Shown one piece after another: positions 58,965 to 64,000 of a DNA stretch of 64,000 nt. The stretch's first letter is position 1; every line of letters starts with the position of its first letter. The position numbers and the translations under genes were made by a program. Location of the stretch: contig JBJEMX010000006.1 in the NCBI GenBank assembly GCA_051879895.1, positions 5,465 through 69,464 on the forward strand. Reading direction: 5' to 3'. This DNA comes from Lachnospiraceae bacterium (GTDB taxonomy: Bacteria > Bacillota > Clostridia > Lachnospirales > Lachnospiraceae). Below the pieces are notes generated by a model. That model had not been told where the DNA came from. It saw nothing but the letters and a program-made list of their open reading frames with translations, and did no database searches.

Positions 58965-59642
58965 TTAAATATTCTCTATCTGCCAGTCAATAGGTGCTAT
59001 TCCGTTTTTTTCTAAAAAGGCATTTGCCTGACTAAAATGCTTACATCCAAAAAATCCTCTGTATGCGGACAGGGGACTGGGATGCGGCGCTTTTAAAATC
59101 AAATGCTTCTTATTTGTCAACATGGGAATCTTGCTCTGGGCAGGCCTGCCCCACAGCATATATACCACCGGTCTGTCCTGTGCATTAACAGCCTGGATAA
59201 TCGCATCCGTAAACTGCTCCCAACCCTTTCCCTGATGGGAATTGGCCTGATGGGCACGTACTGTCAGCACCGTATTTAATAACAGCACCCCCTGGTCAGC
59301 CCACTTTTTCAGATATCCGTTATTGGGCATATAACACCCTAAGTCTTCCTGTAATTCTTTATAAATATTCTGCAAAGACGGAGGAATATCTTTCTGGCTT
59401 ACAGGCACGGAAAAACTCAGACCGTGTGCCTGGTTTTCTCCATGATAAGGATCCTGTCCCAAAACCAGCACCTTTACATCCTTTAAGGGGGTAAAATGCA
59501 GGGCATTAAAGATATCGTCAGCAGGAGGATACACTACAGTCCGGCTGTACTCCTCTTTTACAAATTGAAATAACTCCCTATAGTAAGGTTTCCTGAATTC
59601 CCCTTGTATAGCCTCTAACCAGTCATTTTCTATCATCGCCAT
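58965..59642 (-). CDS. ung: uracil-DNA glycosylase
   Basis: GQDPYH, PPSL.NI, LLLN, HPSPLS. Confidence 0.97.
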   Translation of the reverse strand: MAMIENDWLEAIQGEFRKPYYRELFQFVKEEYSRTVVYPPADDIFNALHFTPLKDVKVLVLGQDPYHGENQAHGLSFSVPVSQKDIPPSLQNIYKELQEDLGCYMPNNGYLKKWADQGVLLLNTVLTVRAHQANSHQGKGWEQFTDAIIQAVNAQDRPVVYMLWGRPAQSKIPMLTNKKHLILKAPHPSPLSAYRGFFGCKHFSQANAFLEKNGIAPIDWQIENI

Positions 59643-59682
59643 TTCTATACCTCCTGCATACCACGGGTTTGGTCTGTGGTAT

Positions 59683-60441
59683 TTACAAACGCACGGAAAC
59701 CCCTCTATTTTTCAGATATTCCTTTACTTCTCTGATTTCCAATTCTTTATAATGAAATAGGGATGCCGCCAGTGCTGCTTCTGCACCGGCTTCTGTCAGT
59801 GCTTCATAAAAGTGTTCCTTATTGCCGGCTCCGCCTGAGGCAATTACCGGAATCTTAACAGCCCGGGATATTGCCTTGGTCAATTCAATATCATACCCGG
59901 CCTTAGTGCCATCGCAGTCCATACTGGTCAGAAGAATTTCACCGGCTCCCAGTTTCTCTGCTTTGACTGCCCATTCCACTGCATCAATGCCCATATCTAC
60001 CCGGCCGCCGTTTTTATAAATATGGAAGCTGCCGTCCGGGCTTTTCTTGGCATCAATTGCCACTACCACACACTGGCTGCCAAATTTATCCGCTGCCTCC
60101 GCAATGAGATTAGGATTCATAATTGCTGCAGAATTGACTGAAATCTTATCTGCACCTTCTCTCAATAACATTTTGAAATCATCTACTGTTCTGATTCCAC
60201 CACCTACAGTAAAGGGAATGAACACTTTTTCCGCCACCCTGCGTACCATATCTGCTACGGTTGCACGGTTATCACTGGAAGCGGTAATATCCAGGAAAAC
60301 TACTTCATCTGCACCGGCTTTGTCGTAAGCAGCCGCAATCTCCACCGGATCGCCGGCATCCTTAAGATTTACAAAATTGACTCCCTTTACCACTCTGCCG
60401 TCCTTCACATCCAGACAGGGAATAATCCTTTTTGTATGCAT
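59683..60441 (-). CDS. hisF: imidazole glycerol phosphate synthase cyclase subunit
   Basis: [34 protein letters not shown]. Confidence 0.97.
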   Translation of the reverse strand: MHTKRIIPCLDVKDGRVVKGVNFVNLKDAGDPVEIAAAYDKAGADEVVFLDITASSDNRATVADMVRRVAEKVFIPFTVGGGIRTVDDFKMLLREGADKISVNSAAIMNPNLIAEAADKFGSQCVVVAIDAKKSPDGSFHIYKNGGRVDMGIDAVEWAVKAEKLGAGEILLTSMDCDGTKAGYDIELTKAISRAVKIPVIASGGAGNKEHFYEALTEAGAEAALAASLFHYKELEIREVKEYLKNRGVSVRL

Positions 60442-61061
60442 TAGTCATTCTCCTTTCCCAGGTTCACAAAATTCCGTAAAATGGCAAGTCCTGTATCAGA
60501 GCTTTTCTCCGGATGGAACTGGCAGGCAAATACATTATCCTTTTCTACCGAAGCATGAATGTAAGTACCATATTCGGTAGCCGCCACTACTATTTCCTCT
60601 TCTTCTGCTTTTAAATAATAGGAGTGAACAAAATATACATAAGTTTCTTTGTGCAGACCTTCAAAAAGCTTTCCTCTATTCGGAAACTGTAAGGAATTCC
60701 AACCGATATGAGGTACCTTGATACCCTCCCCTTCAGGAATTCGGAGTATCTTACCCTTTAAAATGCCTAACCCTTCTACGCCGGGGGATTCTTCACTGCT
60801 TTCAAATAATAACTGCAGTCCAAGGCAAATACCTAAAAACGGAGTTCCTTTAGCTACTACCTGTTTAATGACTTCAACAAGCCCATACTGATGTAATTTC
60901 CCCATGGCATCTCCAAAGGAGCCTACCCCGGGTAAAATCACTTTATCTGCATGCAGAATTGTCTCTGCGTCACGTGTCACTACTACTTCCTGCGAAAGAA
61001 ACTGTAATGCTTTCTCCACACTTTTTATATTGCCTGCATCATAGTCAATAATGGCTATCAT
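60441..61061 (-). CDS. hisH: imidazole glycerol phosphate synthase glutaminase subunit
   Basis: LPGVG, GICLG, PHIGWN, FVHSY, QFHPEKS. Confidence 0.97.
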   Translation of the reverse strand: MIAIIDYDAGNIKSVEKALQFLSQEVVVTRDAETILHADKVILPGVGSFGDAMGKLHQYGLVEVIKQVVAKGTPFLGICLGLQLLFESSEESPGVEGLGILKGKILRIPEGEGIKVPHIGWNSLQFPNRGKLFEGLHKETYVYFVHSYYLKAEEEEIVVAATEYGTYIHASVEKDNVFACQFHPEKSSDTGLAILRNFVNLGKEND

Positions 61062-61075
61062 TTTCTGTCTCCTTC

Positions 61076-62950
61076 CTAGTCTGCAAATTCAGGCTTTCCC
61101 AATTCTTCCTCCGCCGGAAGAATATCCTGCATTTCTCCCTCCGGTACAGAAACACCGCTGTTTTCCAGGCCGCCCTCTGCCAAAGCCGTCAGGTAGCGGG
61201 TATATTCTACATTTGTATCACATGCGGCAATTGCATGTGCCTCATCCTGTGACAAGCCATATGTATCCTTTAAGATTGCTAATATCTTATCATACAGGGC
61301 TGCAACCTCCGGTCCGGCTCCGTACTCCAGTGCCTGTGCATAGGTATCTTCATATCCTGCCACTGCCTGCATCAGGGAATCTATTGCTTCTAACTTTTTA
61401 TTTTCCTCCAGATACATTTCGTATACTTCAATGCGTCTCTGCATCTTCAGCACCAGCTCCGCATGTTTAAACATTTCCTTTTCCTCTTCGGAAAGCTCCA
61501 TGCCATACATTTCGGCATAGCAGGTTGCATAATCCATTTTACGAAAAGCTTTTCTGGCACGATCTATCTGTATTTGGTTAGAAAAGTATGTACCTGCAAA
61601 AAATACTATCAGGAACAGGGTGGCTGCAAAAGCAACAATCACAGCAATGCTCTTTGACGAAATCCTTCTGGAAGGCCGCGTCTCTTCCACGGCTTCTGCT
61701 TTAGGTGCCTTCTGCTTCTTTGGTTTCGGTGCTTTCTTCTTCGGTTTCGCCTTACTTTTTTTCTTTGTATCCTCTTCCCCTGAATCCTTCTGTTCGCTTT
61801 CGCCTTTCTTAGGCATCTTACCCTTTTTAATCTTTTTCTTTTTACCTGACTCAGCAAGATCCTCCGCTTCCAGTTCTTCAATAATAGACCGGTTTTCGTC
61901 AGAAGCCGTTTCCTCATCTTCTTCCGTCAAGAAGGCAAACAGTTTTGAAACCTTCCTACTCTTTTTTTTCTCTGCTGTACCGGCAATAATATCCTGCTCT
62001 GCCGCTATCTTATCCGATTCCGGAAAAGCTTCTTGCATTGCTGCATCCTGCGGTTTTATGCCTTTTTGCTTCTTTTGAGCCTTCTTGGCCTCCTTTTCTG
62101 CTTTTTTTGCTTCCTTTGCAGCTTTTTTCTCTTCTTTAGAAGCCTTTTTCTCTTCCCGTTTCTCTTTTTTCTTATGTTCCCGCTCCTCTTTTTCAGTTTC
62201 ACCGTCTGGAGAAGCCGCCTCATCTTCCGCATCCGTTTTCCGGATATCCGTCAAATCTGTTTTCTCATTTTGTGCCCCAATGAAATCGTCTATATTGCCC
62301 AAATCCGTTTTTTCATCCAAACTGCCTAACAATGCTAACAAGTCATCATTATCCAGATCTTCCAGAGATATCTCTTCTGCATCTGCAACTTTTTCAGGTG
62401 TCGTCCCTTCTCCCCCATACTGCTCCGACTCCTTTAAAAGATTTTCGATTTCTTCCTCGGACATACTTCTTGTATTTTCTACCGTATATTCGCCTGACGG
62501 TTCTGTCTCAGTGAAACCGGAAGACTGCGTCTCCTCTTCCAAGGCATCATCGGTGTTTTCTGCCAGAATATCATCTAATACCGCTACATCCTCCGGAGAT
62601 ATCTCTGAGAACATATCTTCCGGTATTTCTGTCGGCTCCTGTGGGATTTCCGGCATGGTGTTCTCCGGCATGGTACTCTCCGGTACGGTGCTCTCCTGCA
62701 TGGTACTCTCCGGTACGGTGCTCTCCTGCATAGTACTCTCCGGTACGGTACTCTCCGGCATGGTACTCTCCGGCATGTCCACAGTTTGCGGCGTTTCCCC
62801 TGTCTCCTCAGCCGTTATCCGGTCTACCACTGCAAACATTGCTTCTATTTCTTCCGGTGTCATGGGAGAATTGTCCTTATCCTCAGTTTTCTCTCCTGTG
62901 CCATTCATTGATCTTAATAAGCCATCTAAATATTCTTCATTACTTGCCAT
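61076..62950 (-). CDS. large acidic/Lys-rich single-pass membrane protein of unknown function
   Basis: Low-complexity N-terminus, KE-rich segment, one TM (IAVIVAFAATLFLIVFFAGTYF), helical C-terminal domain. Confidence 0.75.
   Translation of the reverse strand: MASNEEYLDGLLRSMNGTGEKTEDKDNSPMTPEEIEAMFAVVDRITAEETGETPQTVDMPESTMPESTVPESTMQESTVPESTMQESTVPESTMPENTMPEIPQEPTEIPEDMFSEISPEDVAVLDDILAENTDDALEEETQSSGFTETEPSGEYTVENTRSMSEEEIENLLKESEQYGGEGTTPEKVADAEEISLEDLDNDDLLALLGSLDEKTDLGNIDDFIGAQNEKTDLTDIRKTDAEDEAASPDGETEKEEREHKKKEKREEKKASKEEKKAAKEAKKAEKEAKKAQKKQKGIKPQDAAMQEAFPESDKIAAEQDIIAGTAEKKKSRKVSKLFAFLTEEDEETASDENRSIIEELEAEDLAESGKKKKIKKGKMPKKGESEQKDSGEEDTKKKSKAKPKKKAPKPKKQKAPKAEAVEETRPSRRISSKSIAVIVAFAATLFLIVFFAGTYFSNQIQIDRARKAFRKMDYATCYAEMYGMELSEEEKEMFKHAELVLKMQRRIEVYEMYLEENKKLEAIDSLMQAVAGYEDTYAQALEYGAGPEVAALYDKILAILKDTYGLSQDEAHAIAACDTNVEYTRYLTALAEGGLENSGVSVPEGEMQDILPAEEELGKPEFAD
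62648..62776. repeat. ~8.6 x 15-bp in-frame tandem repeat (VNTR-like)
   Basis: CTCCGGCATGGTACT-type units encoding (M/V)(P/Q)E(S/N)T. Confidence 0.92.
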
Positions 62951-62995
62951 GAATTTTCCTCACATTTGCAACATTGATTCTGCAACATTTGTATT

Positions 62996-63778
62996 CTAAC
63001 ATAATTCTACCGTTTCCGCCATAAAATCTACTGCATTTTGTGCAATCCCCCGTCCTCTGCCGGATATCTCCGCCGGTATTTGGTACAGATTCTTATGTAC
63101 TCTGACAAACTCTGCTTTCTGATTCAGCCCTGCAATCTTTTCAAACCGGAAACGCAATATATTAGCAAACATCATGCCGGAACCCAGTTCTAATATACAT
63201 AGCCTTTTATTTACCGTTCCCTGAAGCCATTTGGTATACAAATTCCAATCGGATTGGTACCCCTCTTCCGCATAGTGCTCCGCATACAAACTGTTTAATA
63301 CAACAGGTCCGTTACAAGTGTCACAGTGCTGTAAAGAAAGTGCGGTCCAGTCTCCGTCTTCAAAGCAACAACGCTCTATTTGGTTTAAAAGCTTTGATGT
63401 AACGGCACAAACACTGCCTGCACATCCGTTTGCACACTGTACTTTTGTATAAGTACCGCACGGCTCTACTATTCTATCCGGCTTTAATGCTGTTTCCCTT
63501 ATCAGCCCATCCATACAGGATGTCAGCACAAAATAGTTTCTGCCCTCCAACAGCTTTGCCAGTTCCTGATATGCCGACCGCAATTTATCATCTTCTTTTA
63601 AAAACAGTCGGTTTACATAGGGCATAACCCACTCCACATGAGCCTGTGCTATTTTTCCGCAACAATCGCAGTATTCTTTTCTCTCCTGCAAATATCTTTT
63701 CTCTTCAAAATCTTCACCGATTCCTACAAGTATCATATCGGCTTCTTCCAGTATTTTTTTTAATTCTAAACTGTTCAC
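62996..63778 (-). CDS. Sir2/sirtuin-fold protein with degenerate catalytic motifs
   Basis: ADMILVGIG, YFVLTS, CANGC...CDTC zinc ligands, ILELGSG; GTG start downstream of the cheV terminator. Confidence 0.65.
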   Translation of the reverse strand: MNSLELKKILEEADMILVGIGEDFEEKRYLQERKEYCDCCGKIAQAHVEWVMPYVNRLFLKEDDKLRSAYQELAKLLEGRNYFVLTSCMDGLIRETALKPDRIVEPCGTYTKVQCANGCAGSVCAVTSKLLNQIERCCFEDGDWTALSLQHCDTCNGPVVLNSLYAEHYAEEGYQSDWNLYTKWLQGTVNKRLCILELGSGMMFANILRFRFEKIAGLNQKAEFVRVHKNLYQIPAEISGRGRGIAQNAVDFMAETVELC

Positions 63779-63810
63779 AATGATTCCTGCCTGTTTCCTT
63801 ATAGAGTTAG

Positions 63811-63836
63811 AAAAGCCGGGAAATCTCCCGGCTTTC
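63811..63836 (-). terminator. terminator after cheV
   Basis: AAAGCCGGGA-4 nt-TCCCGGCTTT(T). Confidence 0.7.
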
Positions 63837-63850
63837 ACCAATAGTAATTT

Positions 63851-64000
63851 TTATTTTCTCATAAGAAGATCGTCCAGAACTCCTACCAGTTCCCCGATTT
63901 CCGGTTTGGAAAGCTGTGCATCTGCACCAAGCTGCTGTCCTTTTATTCTCATTTCATCATTCACCAGAGAAGAGAAAATGATTACCGGAATGTCCTTGGT
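63851..64000 (-). CDS. cheV: chemotaxis protein CheV, C-terminal receiver fragment (partial)
   Basis: Manual translation TKDIPVIIFSSLVNDEMRIKGQQLGADAQLSKPEIGELVGVLDDLLMRK*. Confidence 0.8.
   Translation of the reverse strand, partial: TKDIPVIIFSSLVNDEMRIKGQQLGADAQLSKPEIGELVGVLDDLLMRK

Noticed and set aside
59655-59685. Hairpin ATACCACGG...CTGTGGTAT between hisF and ung
   Set aside because: Short single-copy stem with no U-tail or other support.
62648-62776. Repeat arrays (also 50413-50520 and 30069-30152) as CRISPR
   Set aside because: Head-to-tail in-frame coding repeats with no unique spacers; no cas genes in the window.
62085-62999. 304-aa plus-strand ORF
   Set aside because: Antisense shadow of an E/K-rich gene; Ser/Phe-rich low-complexity product.

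Overview
Low-GC Gram-positive chromosomal segment; gene content and order are typical of Lachnospiraceae-like Clostridia. It is mostly minus-strand core genes: cheV(partial)-Sir2-like-hisHF-ung-tcdA-lysA-tRNA-Leu-polA-coaE-FtsA-like-yycJ-ACT/DUF711-ktrBA, tmcAL/pta-ackA, yceD-rpmF-plsX-acpP-rnc-smc-ftsY, and ylxM-ffh-rpsP-khpA-rimM-trmD-rplS-lepB-ylqF-lepB-rnhB-ylqG/H...yraN-pgeF-TCS, with prs on the plus strand. Accessory inserts carry the main signals. (1) A minimal vanG/vanL-like D-Ala-D-Ser module (ligase plus split VanT, no vanXY or adjacent vanRS, VanR-like boxes upstream) is inserted just upstream of yraN-pgeF. (2) A nested, rod-like palindromic non-autonomous element occurs as two near-identical inverted copies plus an 'empty' hairpin; all lie between convergent genes and one supplies a gene's stop codon. 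(3) An Rpn-family nuclease has an in-frame internal RBS+ATG (candidate intragenic antitoxin). (4) An ultra-short promoter-terminator leader precedes a MATE/CMP-kinase-like pair. Also noted: a TrmD-GNAT fusion, a degenerate sirtuin, a membrane protein with FliM-N-like motifs near cheV, an RNase III-like stem before rnc, and many short in-frame tandem duplications. No CRISPR array, rRNA, integrase or DDE transposase was seen. All calls come from reading the sequence and recognising motifs; no database search was run.
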